Position numbers and translations under genes: made by a program. A model generated the notes under the pieces. That model saw nothing but the letters and a program-made list of their open reading frames with translations. It was not told the DNA's origin and searched no databases. 64,000 bases of DNA from Paragordius varius (lineage: Eukaryota; Animalia; Nematomorpha): contig OZ176050.1 of the NCBI GenBank assembly GCA_964247055.1, positions 4,712,001 through 4,776,000 of the forward strand, in the 5' to 3' direction. Every line of letters starts with the position of its first letter. The stretch's first letter is position 1. Shown here piece by piece: positions 1 through 14,200 of the stretch.

Positions 1-733
1 TGCCATTATTATCGAAAAAATGCTAATTATTTTTAGGAAATTACTTCTTTTTGTGGTATTATTCATTGGTTAAAATAAATACTCGTTGATTATGTTGTCG
101 TTGCAAAATCTCATGAAGAGCGCACATAAAGATTTCCATATTGTATTTTTTATAATTATGTGGTCCTTACATATAGGGCAGGTAACAACATTTTTTAAAA
201 AACGACAAAAAAATTTTCTTCCTATTCTTATTTAAAGGAGCAATTTTCATCGGATAATTTACGTTTTTTAGCATTAGATGTCATCCTTTTAATTTATGTT
301 TAAATATTATGTATATTTTTTCAAAAAATAGGAATATAATTTGAATATGCTATAAAAAACAGGACCAAATTTAATGATGTTGATATAAATATTTTATGGA
401 AATGAGTATCAAAAAATGATGGAAAATAGCAATGAAAAGAATATGCAAGTTTGGGTGAAAGGCTTGCTTTACAAAAAAGGAATGCAATAAAATTTTAAAA
501 TAGAAAATAAAATAAAATATAGAAACAGAAACAACGTGTGCCAAATAATCATTTTAATGTAGAAAAATTATTTACTTTTCGAATTGGGTAAAAATAAAAA
601 TTACCAAAATTAACTTTAAAGAAAATAAATTATTATTAATATACGCAAAAATTCGCTTATTTGTAATTTAAAAATTCATCCAAAAAATAATTCATGTATG
701 AATTTGGTCATAGGGCAATTTTAAATCACTCTT

Positions 734-775
734 AGGGCCGCATGCGGCCCGCGGGCCGCGGTTTGAGTATCACTG
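734..775 (-). mobile_element. Single end of a hAT-type MITE (other end not found)
   Basis: Reverse complement reads CAGTGATACTCAAACCGCGGCCCGCGGGCCGCATGCGGCCC, a typical hAT/Charlie-like terminus. It resembles the MITE end at 47729. Confidence 0.6.
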
Positions 776-1029
776 TTTTAACCCGATACATATATTATTT
801 TTGTCGGTTAATCTCCCCAAAAGATAGTTAGGTTAGCGTAATTTTCAAACATGCTATTGTGAGCATAATCTATTTTTAAACAATCTCTACATTTTTTTGG
901 TACTTATACATAAGTATTAAAGTAATTCAAATATTTTTAAACTATCACTATTTTTTATAAATTTGGTTATAATCGGTCGTTTTATTTTTCACCATATGAC
1001 TAATTTTCTCTAGCAAGGAACTTCCCCAC

Positions 1030-1577
<548 letters not shown>

Positions 1578-2071
1578 AATGTTAAATAAATTTATTTAAA
1601 ATATATTATTTGATCTATATAATTATTTAACACTCCAAATATTTTTGACCATTTAAGCCAAATAAAACCGCATAGAAATTATAATATATAATTTGTAAAA
1701 ATGTACATGCCCCTATTTGCTTTAGGATATGATTTTTTATAATGGACAAATGACAACCAAGTCTTGAGCTAAGTATGACATCAGTTAAAATGGTCATTTT
1801 TCAGATCATAAAAGATGTCCATACATGAGCAATCTTTAACAAGAGGTATCCAGGAATTACAACTTTTTTAGGAAAACATCTGTTTATATAGTTATAAAAT
1901 AAGCTCGGCTTTGAAGCATTTTCCAAAAAAATGAACCATTAACGCAATTATGTGCCTATCGTTGAGCTCTTTTTTAGCCTATAAATTTTATTCTACCCTC
2001 TACTATGATGGATAGAAAGCGTTCGCGAAATTCTTGATTTTTAAGCACATCTAGAAAACCTGTAATTTAAT

Positions 2072-2305
2072 ATATTCCATTTACAATTAAATTCACCCTA
2101 AAATAAATCATGTGTTTTTAAGGCTAAAAATTACCTATATTTTTATAAAAATGAAATTTGGTTCAAAATTAAATAATATTGAAAAATTATGCCATAAAGA
2201 TATCTTTCATATTAATAATGAGTTAAATTCTTCCGAAAATTCATAATTTATTTTTAGGGTGAATTTGAATTGTTTAAGGGTGAATTTAAATTGTAAATGG
2301 TATAT
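2072..2305. mobile_element. 21-bp-repeat MITE, copy A
   Basis: Ends ATAT-(A/T)CCATTTACA ... TGTAAATGGT-ATAT, with subterminal GGGTGAATTTGAATTGTTCAA units. The core is shared with copies B-F. Confidence 0.85.
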
Positions 2306-2946
2306 CATATTAAAAGTACCCATTCTAGTTGAACCATTTTTAAAAAATTCATTCCTTTTAGTATTCTAAAAATTTAATTTTTATATGTCGAGGTTTTTAT
2401 TTAAAGAACCGTATATTAATTTGGGCTTTTCAATTTATATCCTTAGTAGAGTCCTACCACAAAATTACCTACAAATACTGGTTTTAACACTAGTTTCCAA
2501 TTTTGTCCACAAGTATTTTATTTTAATCGAAATGCATTTATAGAGGTTTTAAATTAAAACCTGGTTTTCGCGTCCCTATAAAAGTAGACGTATTCGGAAA
2601 ATAACGAGTCTTATAATAATAGTTAGTCACAAATTGTTTAGGATAAAACGTAAAATTCTCAGAAAAGAAACATCCATTTGTACCGCATGGCGTCCTATTT
2701 GTAAAATAATTTTTGGAATATAATATAAAATTTTATTAACTTTGTTTAAGAAACAAGAGGTCAAAATTTTGACTCAGTCACACAACACACCAAAACTACT
2801 AGTTTACAAATTTGGGTAATTTTATTGTTGTTTAGACTTTTGAATTTATTGCATTTTAAATGTGTATGTTTTGTATTTTTCATTACCATAAATTAAATAA
2901 GTTTAAATTATAATGTAATAAATATAATTTGTTTGTATATCAAAAT

Positions 2947-5621
2947 TTATATAGGTGCAATTGGTTCATTGTTAATTTGTTTAAGTTGTTTGAGCAGATT
3001 TTCATTTATTTTCCGTTTATCACTTTTTTTCGCCGTCATGTTTGTTAACAAATTGTCGCGCTGTTTTTCACCCAACATCAAGCTAAACATATAATAGAAA
3101 GTATTAACACTCCATTACTTTTGGGGCACTTATGTATACCAGAGCGATTTAAAATTTGAATATTTTAAAAAGCATTTTAGGTATCAGGCCGAATTAAAAA
3201 ATATTCTTTCTTTATGGGCGCGCATTTTACAAATTTTCATTAAAAAAAGGTTAAAACTGAAAAAATCCTCATCTCAAACTTTTTGCCCTAATTTTGTTAA
3301 ATCGCTAATGCAACGGGCAAATATGTGTATTAAAATAGAAAATGTAAATAATTTTTAAAAAGTTTTCAGCATATATTTTAACAGCAAAAACTTGATATAT
3401 TATGATTTTAATATCAGCTGTTCGTTTCATCGTGTTTTGGACCTGTCTAAATTTTAGACTCTCGAAGTGATAAAACTGTAAAAATAGGCTTTTTTTTATC
3501 TCATACATGAGAACAATTTTAAATAATTATTTTTTTACTGAAATGACTTTTAAAACTGTAGTTTATTTACAAAATTGAGCTCTGGGATATAAACTACCCC
3601 AAAAGACTAGAAAAAAAATAGTGAAAAGGTAATTAATTAAGTGTTTACAAATGTTTAATTCTATATTATTTAAATAAATTAAACTTAAATCTATAACTTA
3701 AAAACATTTAATTTCATTATAAAAATACCGTTCCAGCATAAGAGATGCTAATTTAGATGAGACATGGCTATATGGTGAATTAGGATTTCCATGTTCAGTT
3801 ATGTAAGTGGACCAATCAATTTTGATTATTAAATTTAATAACTATAAAAAATTAAATTAATAATGATTTTTAATACATATTTGGCCAGTATAAATGCATA
3901 AATAAATTTATAACTGATATCAATAATTAATTTTATTTGAAAGGATATTTATATTTTTAAATAATATACCTGATTAATTTCGCGAAAATGACGAAAAACA
4001 TTTAAATTTTTCAGCTCTTCATTCTTGGATATGATGGCATTGTAATTTTCTGTGAAATATATCATATAATTTGTAATTAAATTTGGTAGCAGGGCTAATA
4101 AGAACCAATTTTGGTTTCCATTGGTCCAGATACCGCATTATTGAGAGATGATCAAAACTAGAGCTAATTATTTAAACCGCTTAACAAACGGTAGAGAAAA
4201 CTTATTTTAAAGGCTTTTGGGTCATTGCTTTAAAAAATAAAGTGTCGTAGGAAAATAAACCCGGTGCTACGATTTTTCAACCAAACACAAAAAAATCTTA
4301 GTTTTTCGTTTTTTTGAAAAACAACTATAAAACACATTTAGAAACTAAAATCAGAAACGTTCAGGAAACAGGACAGATGTAGAAAAAAACATTGAAAGCG
4401 AACAAGTTTATAGCTAAAAATTTCTTAAAATCTGAATCATTTGTTATGGAACCACCTTTTCTCAAAAATACAAAGGTTCCACAAGTTTGTTTCTTGTCAA
4501 AATTTAATAAATTTTTACAGTTTAAAACGGTTCTGAGGTTTGGGTTAAAAAAATGGAAAATAAAAAAATGTAATACATATACCAATGAGATGAGCAAGAT
4601 TCCATTGAAAGTATTGAAGGGCGGAATGTGAAAACATGCGAGTCTTATCAGTAATAAGTAAACCAAGTAGGCTATGAGCCAAATATTGGAATGAATAATC
4701 AAACGTCTCTTTAAAGAATGGCTCCTAAATAGACAAAAATATATTAAGAGTTATTAAAGATAAAAAATTATTAAAGAAAAAACTTCTACACAAAGAATAT
4801 AAAAATGACTACAAATAATCGTATACATTCCATATTTTTAAAATTGGGGGTAAAATTAATAAATATATGTAATTACATATGTATTTGGATAGGTAAACAG
4901 ATATCGGGATAAATCGGTTTCCAGTGAGGTAATGAATGAAAAGGGTTGGGAAAATTTAGTTGTTATATTGCACATCCAATCAATTTTTGCTAAAAAATAT
5001 TAAAATAATACTTTCAACAAAAAATTTATACTTTAATATTTTTTTATTTTAGTGCATTTTTAAAGAAAACAAAGATTATATTCAAAAAATATAAACTTAC
5101 CTGGGTTTTTAAAACACAGAATTTTAATTACATAGGGGTAAAAGGTAATTTGATAAATTTTTTATTTTAAAGAAGGGTAAATCTTAAATGTTCAAGGCTA
5201 AAACTGGAGTGAAGTGTTTTTAAAGTTAGTGTATATCACCACTTATTTACTATTATTAATATGGATATATTTTAATTTTAACAATAATTATTATAACCAT
5301 TTAGCAAGATGGAAGTAATAAGATTAGAGATTTCCTGTTTCGTTTTAGATTCCGTTTCCTCAATAATTTCCTAAACAAGGAAAGAGAAATATTAATATAA
5401 ATAAATAAAAATGTAACATAACCAAAATCTATGATGCTTAAAATTGTAAATTTAAATAATGAATCTTATTTTTGTTGTAAATGTTTAAAATAATGACGGG
5501 TAAAAATATTACCTTTAACAAAGGCGTTTTTGCATTAGATGTGATACTAGTTAGGGTATTAGTTGGTGGGGATTTGCTAAAAGCATGATTATATTTAAAT
5601 TTATGTTTGGGAATATTTATT

Positions 5622-5669
<48 letters not shown>

Positions 5670-5725
5670 AGAAATTGAAACGCATATAAAAAATAACAAG
5701 GGTGTCCAACACAAGCGGGTCGAAT

Positions 5726-5766
<41 letters not shown>

Positions 5767-8700
5767 GCTTTAATAAAGAATTAATTAGATTCCAAACATA
5801 AAACTGCAAAGTGCTAACATATGATGAAATATTTAGTTTTTTGCCCAATCGTATAGACTTATTTTGAAAAATTGTTAAAAAATATAAATTTTATTAATAT
5901 TTTGTGAGCATATTTTTATAATTTATTGATTCCCAATTTTTTCGCGGCCCGCATGTTGGCCACCCCTGGTTTAAAAAATATTCAAAACTTACAAAAAATA
6001 TTTAATAAATTAAACAGATTATTTACCTTACACTTTGTACAATAAAATCCTCGATCATAGGTATGCAAACTTCAATATATTGCATCGTAATACCAATTTG
6101 TATGCACTAAAAAAAGAATTGTTTTAATTATAAATATTTTAATAATTAAAATCAAATAAATGGTCTGAATCACTTGATTTATGGATAAATCGTTTCTTTT
6201 AAGTATGGTAGAAAAACAACCGGCCAAACATCGAGTTATGAGATTATTCAATGATTTTTTCAAAGCATCTTCCAATTCGTTTACACTATGAATATTAAAA
6301 AAAAATAGAGATATATTTTTACTTTATTTTATTGATATCTGAATTAACGCTTATAAATTATTGCTGGTGAAAAAAGTTTGAAATTAAACAATTTTTAGAT
6401 AAAAAAAACGAAATATCAACCTGAGATTTGGGAGATCTTTCATAAAGGTTAGGCAAGTCAAGATGTAAGATTTGAAATGCTCAAAAATCATGGGAAGACT
6501 GTATGAAAATGGCAGGAAGCATGGATATTTCGTTGGCTGAATAAATAAAATAGATAAAAGAGATTTTAATAAAATTAAATTACTATTAATATAATATTAT
6601 AATAGCAAAAAATCTGTTTAATCAAACCGGACCATTAGTTAATATTAAAACCTTTCTAAAACCAGAAAAGCGATATGAAATAGTAAGTATTGATAATATT
6701 TTTCAATTTTTAATTATTAAGCGTTTTTAAAAAAATACTTGTAAAGTTTTTTAAAATATTTTACAGTTTTATGCAATTTATTTAATATTATATTTACTGT
6801 AAAATAATTAAGCTATTTGCAAATACAAAAAAGAATAAAGAACCCAATTCACACAATTTACCTACATTTGTTGAATTATTTTTCAAAATTAATAATGTAG
6901 AACCAAAACTATAAAAAATTCAAAAAAAGAACAATAATTTTACCAATTCTAGTTTGAAGAAAGGGGCAGATGATGAATTTGCGAAGGGAGGCAAATTTGC
7001 ATTCAAATTTTTAGGGCCTATATTTTGTGTTGAGTGATTGTCTGAAAAACCATTGTGACCATTAATCATATTATCTGTATATAATATTGAATAAATCCTT
7101 AATCTGTTTATATACAATATCTAATGTCATTCTCTAAATATTTGGGTAAAAAAAGTCAAAGTATTGAAAAATGAACTAAGTTTAAACTATAAGACTATAT
7201 GGTAAAAAATCATTCAAAAAATTAATAAGGCTATTTTCAATTGATAAAAATAAAAAATAGTTTTTCATAGAAAACGTATCAGCATCGTTTGATATAAAAA
7301 AAAATATAATACCCTTTATAGATTTATTATCTATATTTTCTAGCTTCATTGTTGTGGTAATATTATTGTTATTATTAGCACTGCTTTTTGTAGCATTTGA
7401 TAATTTTAATGCAAATAAGGGATTATTTTTATTCCTTTCTATGATGGTGTGAGAAGTTAATTGGCAAAATGCGTTTAAAAACGTTTCCTGATGATCCCTA
7501 ACATAATCAGTGAATTGAGTTGGATTATTAAAGGATACAGGGTCCCACACATCCATACTCAGGGTGTGATGGAAATTTTGTACCAATTGTGATCGAATAA
7601 TTTCTTGATATTGATCTCTAAATTTAAATGTGATAAAAGTTAATTAATTATATATGTAAACACCAAAAAATTTAAAAAATAACTAAAACATCCATTATGA
7701 TATAAATAAATCAATTATTTAGGGATAAAATTTTCAAAAGGTGAATGAAACAAATATATGAACCATTATAGCGAGTAGCTAAAAAATTTTTCATTAAAAA
7801 AAGAAATTAAAAATCGATGGCCAGATATTTCAAATCAATAATATTAATCAAAGGCCGATTTAATGTTATTAAAAAATGATTATCAAATTTTTATGCTAAA
7901 AAAACCTATTATCGACTTCAGAAAAAAGATATTCAGTTTCTAGTGTTATTTTGAGAAATAACAATATATATTTATTTAGTCGGAATGATTGATAAATAAA
8001 AAAATACCGTATTTCAAGCAAGAGTTCTGACATGCGATTGACAACAAATCCATAATCCTAACATATATAAAATAATTGTCAAAATTTTAAACAATAAACA
8101 TAATATTTTTTATAAATTATGAAATACCTTCATAGTCAAACTAAAATTGACAATCAAATTTTTTAGGTCTAACATCAAAGTTGCATCCGTAGTGTAAGCC
8201 TAAATATTGAAAAATAAAATGTACATTTATTACAGATTATCCGTAAATATATATATATATATATATATATTATATTGTAAAACTAAAAATAATTTATTGA
8301 TATATATAATATATTCCTAAAATTATAGACATGTATTTTTCCATACTTTTATCAAATTACGTCATATTGTATTATATAAATAAAATATTTTTTCACTAAT
8401 TATTATCAAATTTAAAAATTTGTTAGTTAATGCGTTTGTAAAGTAATAATTGTATTAAATAAATCAAACTTACGCTTTTAGTTTTGAGCAAAGATATAAT
8501 TTTTGTGGCAGTATTTTCCCATAACTCATCCATATATGATCTGTTGATCAGACCAACTTTACGCGTATGATTGTAAATATAATCTTCAATGACAAAAAAC
8601 CTGAAAAACCCACAATGAATCATAAATCATAATGTAACTCTTAATTTACACAACATATAATTTTAATTTTGATCACTATTTAAAAGCCTTTTTAGAGTAG

Positions 8701-11107
8701 TAATAAAAATGATTGCTAGGGAATAGACTTTAAATTTATGATTAGTTATTGACAATCATTGTATAAAATTGGCTCATAAAATGGTGTACTATCAATATGA
8801 TAAAATAATTGCTAAATGCATTAATAATTTATAAGAGAGATGCTTAGTGTCTCAATATGGAATAAAGCGCAAACAAATAAGTAAAAGCCTATTTCATAAA
8901 TTTAAAATGGAAGATAGATAGCTTTTGCATTATATTGAAGGAGTAATATGCGTTAAAATTAAACTCAAATAATTTATCCATATCGAAATAATTAATATTT
9001 TTTCCAAAAATATTTGTTTTATCGATAAATATAATAGATTACCCAACAATTTCATTCAAATAGGTTTGATATGATTCGAATGATTCATTCTATAATAATA
9101 AACATAAAAAAATATTTTAAGATATCAATAAAAATTTATGATAGAAAATATATATATAATAGTTATTTAAATTGATACTGTTTGCAGAGGTTGTAAAATG
9201 AGTTTTATCTGTTTTTGTCGTTGTTTGCGATAATGTTCAAAGTAAACCTCTTTTTCGCCCTATTGTGGAACAAGTAATATATTTTATGAGATGTTTAAAT
9301 AATATATTTTTTATAAATAAACGGTATTTCAAAGGTATTTTTAAAAATATGAAATAATAATTAGTATATTTTTGTGTCGAATGATTTCAATATTAGTGTA
9401 GTGACGTAATTAAAGTAAAATTGTTTGAGAAATTCTTGAAAAAAATATTTTTTTAAAAAAAAGTTAACCGAATTCAAGCCAATTTTATCACGTGAAATAA
9501 TTAAATGAAAAATTTATAATTTTAAATAGGTATAAAGGTGTATCTACGTACCAATATCGTGTTTATGTGTAGGCATCGGTATATAAGGGAAAAGTCAATA
9601 TAATTGGATGGATCTATTGGCTAAAAACGATAAAAATAAATTTCAAAAATATCGTATCTTAATAAATTGTTTTACAAATTAACAAAATTAATATTTTTAT
9701 AAAATAAAATGGCATTACCTTTAACATAAATTGATCTGAATCGGAAACAGAGGAGAGCTCATTTTCCAAAGTATTTGTTATAGATTTAATATTGGGATAA
9801 ATTGATTTATTATTTTCATTCTGCCGCTGCTTTATATCATCCGTGTGATCAAAACTGGAGGAAAAGGGATTTTTTCCATTTAAATCGTTAGCAAATGGAT
9901 TATTATTTGTTGCGTGGGAAAGTTCTTCGTGAAATGTTTCAGATTCTTTTGGCATGTAGCGAGAAAGTTGGTCTAATAAACTTTCCAAATCGAATTTTTG
10001 TGGACCATATTTCTGTGAAGATATAATAGAAGTGTAAAATATCTATAATGAAATATACAAATTATAGAGAGATAACCCTTTTCGTGCGTAATTTTTTTAA
10101 AGTTGACTCATTTTCACTTCATTTTGTGAAAAAATACGCGCAATGCTAATTATGTGATTAATAAATCAAATAATAGAATTTTATAGCCATTTTACACATA
10201 TGGTTATTATGAATTAATACGGATTTCTATCTTGCACAAAAAAATTTTACATTTATAAAGAAGACGAGTTATATCAAGTGATGGTTAGTGGCATTTATAA
10301 ATTTTTGTGTGCTGTTAATTAAAGAATGTAGTTTCACTTCAGTTTTTTGATTAATAAATAAAACATTACTCGAGATTCCATAACCGCTTGACCAACAAGC
10401 AAAGATTTTTGCCGGACAATATCAAGAAAATCTGTCAATTGTTTTTCACTGGCGACCTTAATACGACTCCTGACATCGTGTATTGCACCTTGCAATGCAC
10501 GACCCAAATCAAATGTGTGAATTCTTTGAAGTAAACTCCTTTCAAGGATTTCAAGTGTTTTCAATGCCGCATAATAACGCTTATCTTTGATTTGTTGTTG
10601 AACTTTAGCGTACATGGTTAGCACTGTAAATATGTTAAATTATTTTATACCAGGTAAACAGGAATTGGTGGATTTTATCGCCGATTCAATATTTTTCGTA
10701 ATTTTTTCATGTTTAACCGAATCATTAAGCTTATTGATGAGTGATTTACCGGAATACTGTAATTGACTATTGGTATCAATAAGTTCATTCTTTAATGATT
10801 ATCATGAATAATTTTACTTTTAATTTGGATAAATCGTTCCGAATTCGAGGCAATTCATGAATGGATTCGGTAAATCCCTGATAATAAAAGCTACATAATT
10901 TTTCAATTTCTTTGTCTAAACTTTTTATCCTGATCTGAAGTGCATTTACAAAAGCTTTGTGATAACCATGATCAAATAAAATTCTATATTATAAACAAGA
11001 ATTAAAAACTTATATGCTGGTCCAAGTGGTGTATCAGTAGTTTCAATATCCTGAATTAAATGCTCAAGATAAGCATCACTTAATTTATTATCATTCGCAT
11101 TTGCCAT
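2947..11107 (-). CDS. EXOC6: Exocyst complex component 6 (Sec15)
   Basis: Start MANANDNKLSDAYLEHLIQDIETTD at 11107. Exons encode KRYYAALKTLE, IDFSLIYRCLHI, GFFVIED, YMDELWE, CFLPFSYSLP, IDWSTYITEHG and a last exon ending EPIAPI* at 2947. About 20 exons; junctions around 5400-6030 are not fully resolved. Confidence 0.93.
3108..3643. mobile_element. piggyBac-like non-autonomous element, copy 1 (last EXOC6 intron)
   Basis: TTAA|CACT ... AGTG|TTTA ends and a subterminal inverted repeat TTTTGGGG..TATACCAGAGC / GCTCTGGGATATAAACTACCCCAAAAG. Homologous to 50184-50687 and 55905-56436. Confidence 0.65.
5627..5763. repeat. Two (TA)n microsatellites
   Basis: Pure TA runs at about 5627-5667 and 5729-5763. 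Further runs at about 8249-8272, 21524-21542, 40449-40507 and 54679-54702. Confidence 0.9.
5697..5968. mobile_element. hAT-type MITE in an EXOC6 intron
   Basis: Left CAAGGGTGTCCAAC; right GCGGCCCGCATGTTGGCCACCCCTG. No matching 8-bp TSD is visible. Confidence 0.55.
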
Positions 11108-11273
11108 ATATTATGAATTATTCATTTTGTTAGACCAAATCATTTTTTAATTCGCAAAAAAATCAGAACAGCAATGGTAAGCACAAAATTATCGTTCATA
11201 CATACACCAATATTGAGTTGAAATGTGATTTATATTTTATATTTGGGACTATTTATTTATCTGTCTATTTAAA
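11108..11273. promoter_or_regulatory. Probable bidirectional promoter, EXOC6 / mitoferrin
   Basis: 166 bp separate two divergent start codons. Inferred from geometry only. Confidence 0.55.
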
Positions 11274-14200
11274 ATGGAATACGATGATTATGAATCTTTA
11301 CCCAATAATACTAATGTTTATACGCACATGTTTGCTGGTGCAGCCGCTGGTATAATGGAACATTGTTGTATGTATCCCGTTGATTCTGTTAAAGTAAATG
11401 ATTTTATTAAATTGATATTATTAATTTTATCATACATTAGGCATAAATTTAAAAATGATAATGTTATATTAATTTGAGTTTCGATTAGGCTTTGGTGTTT
11501 AATAAGAGTAAATCGGCATACATACTTTTTTTACATACTTTGAACGTAGTTTTTTCTTGAAATAAATTTTTTATCAGACAAAACCATATTAACACAAAAG
11601 TCCCATTTTTTACTTAACTAACTATTACTAAAATCTATTTTCTCCTCTACTCTAAACATCACGCTATAGACCAGAATGCAAAGTCTCATCACTTACAAAT
11701 TGTATGAGGGCAAAAATCTTTTCCAAAATCTCGGGAATATCGTTAAGACTGAAGGAATTTTTCGCCCAATACGAGGCATAAATGCTGTACTTTTTGGGGC
11801 TGGACCAGCGCATGCCCTTTACTTTTCGAGTTATGAAGCGTTAAAAGCTTTTCTCCTCCAAAGTAATGGATCCTTATTTAAAACTGTTTCAAATCATTCA
11901 ACTATCTCACCTTTAAAAGCTAAAGCACATTGTAACAACAACAATCCAAATTTAACTATTAACCCAATTTCACGAACACAAGAAACATTAGCTCATGGTT
12001 TATTTTACCCGATATTTGTTTTTATAATATTATCATTTGCAAATATTTTAATTTTAACTTAATTTCTTTAATTATTTTCTTTTGCACGCAAAATGTCTGA
12101 AACTATTTGTTTCACTTTTCTAAATGTGCTTTGTTTTGTTTCGTTTAGTAAAGCACTTAATTTTACTATTAATTCCTTATTTGTCGCTTTCTAAAAGTTT
12201 TAATAAAAGGAAATAAACAAAAAAGTTTTGTTTAATTGATTGTGTGCTCTACTTTAATTATTATTGTTATATTTATTGACACAATAATATACCGTATATA
12301 AATCTTTATTATAAATAAATTTACAAGAATTTATCATGCAATTATTATTTTTAAAATAAATAAAATTAAAAAAAACAATATTTTAAAGTCAAAATTTTTT
12401 TTAATATAAAAGCTATCTTTTATATTTTAGGTGCGGCAGGTATGTGCGCGACTGTTCTCCATGATGCAATTATGAATCCAGTTGAAGGTTATATTTTCTA
12501 TTGAATTTATAAATTAATATTTATTAAATATTAACTTTATTTTATATTATATAAATAATCAATTTATAAAAAAGTTAAGGAAATAAAATCGATATTGCGT
12601 AATATGGTCGTTTATTGTTTTGACTCTAATAATAAGGTATGTACATTTAGATTTTGAGAGTAATTTTTGATTCCTCTCATTAAAGAATAGGTTTATTTGT
12701 CTAAAAGGATATTTATGAACTAATGTTATTATATAATAAGCTATTTGTTTTTGTGATTAGGATCCCATTTTATTTTTTGTAAACCCACATTTTAATTTAC
12801 GTGCATCATTAAACGTACAATAAAAATATTTAATTTTTTCAAATATTTTATATCTTTTAAATACGTTTATGCATAGAGCAATAAAAATTTTAATCTCTAT
12901 GCCGCTAATATTGGGTTAAATTGATAAGCATTTTTTAACTGTATATTAAAAATGTTAATTAAAAAAACGTAACACAAATCTTTTGCCGCTAAATACTTTT
13001 TGTGCTTCATGAAACTGATAAATGTAAATTATGAAATATATGTGCATTTACTCATAATTTAGCATCATTTAATCAATCATTTTTGAGAACCGTATAGTTT
13101 TATATTTATCAAATAAGATTCAAGAAGTTACAAAATTGCCAGAAAGTTCTTTGTTAAAAATATCGTTTTTGATTAACGACTTTGCGCAATAATAACAATC
13201 TTTAGTTGTATATTTTCAGTTAATATAAACCACTGAAAAAATAGACAAATTGTATGCTTTACTAAACAAAATTTTATTTACATGTAATGGCGTATTAATC
13301 AGATATATACCATTTACAATTCAAATTCACCCTTAAACAATTCAAATTCACCATTGAATAATTCAAATTCACCCTCGAACAATTCAAATTCACGCTAAAA
13401 TAAATTAAGTGTTTTTTAAGATTAAAAATTACTTATATTTTTTTATATTTTTAAAAAATGAAATTTTGTTTAATATTTAAATAAAACTAAATAATAACTA
13501 TGTCATAAAGATATATTTCATATTAATAATGAGTTATATTAGTTCGAAAACACATAATTTATTTTTACGATGAATTTGAATTGTTAAAGGGTGAATTTGT
13601 ATTGTTCAAGGGTGAATTTGAACTGTAAATGATATATTTATTTCCATACTACGCAGTTGTTAAACAACGGTTACAAGCCCTAAATTCGCCCTACAAAGGC
13701 GCTATTGAATGCAGCCGAAGTATATGGGCAAAGGAAGGTTTTCGTGCCTTTTATCGCAGTTATGGGACGCAACTTATACTCAATGTCCCATTCCAAACGA
13801 CACATTTCGTAACGTACGAATTTTGTCGGAGAACTATGTTTGAATTTCGACACAGGGACCGCCACAAGAAAAACATAACGGTAAAACAAAAAATTATGTT
13901 ATAATCGTGCTTTTTTCTGTAAATTTTGCTAAATTTTGTGGAATTAATGAGTGTTTAAGCTGTGCATTGACTTTGATTAGGATGTTTAAGTTATTTTTTT
14001 AAAAAAATAGATATAAGTTGTAGTATAAACATATATATTTATATATATGTGTGTTTAATAAATAGTAATTATCTAACCAAAGTATTTTCTTATTAATTAC
14101 GATTATAACGTTTTGATACATATTTTAGCAAAGTTTTTCAGCTCATCTGTTTATAATTTCAATTTTTTACTGCAATTTTTAGCCAACCACCTCTGATAGT

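Noticed and set aside
976-1029. AG 17 nt upstream of the RPS15 ATG as a trans-splice acceptor
   Set aside because: Equally explained by a short 5' UTR intron; other genes here show no consistent outron acceptor.
5438-5848. 136-aa ORF with YIYIYI runs
   Set aside because: Mostly (TA)n and MITE sequence; only a short part near 5517-5577 may be an EXOC6 exon.
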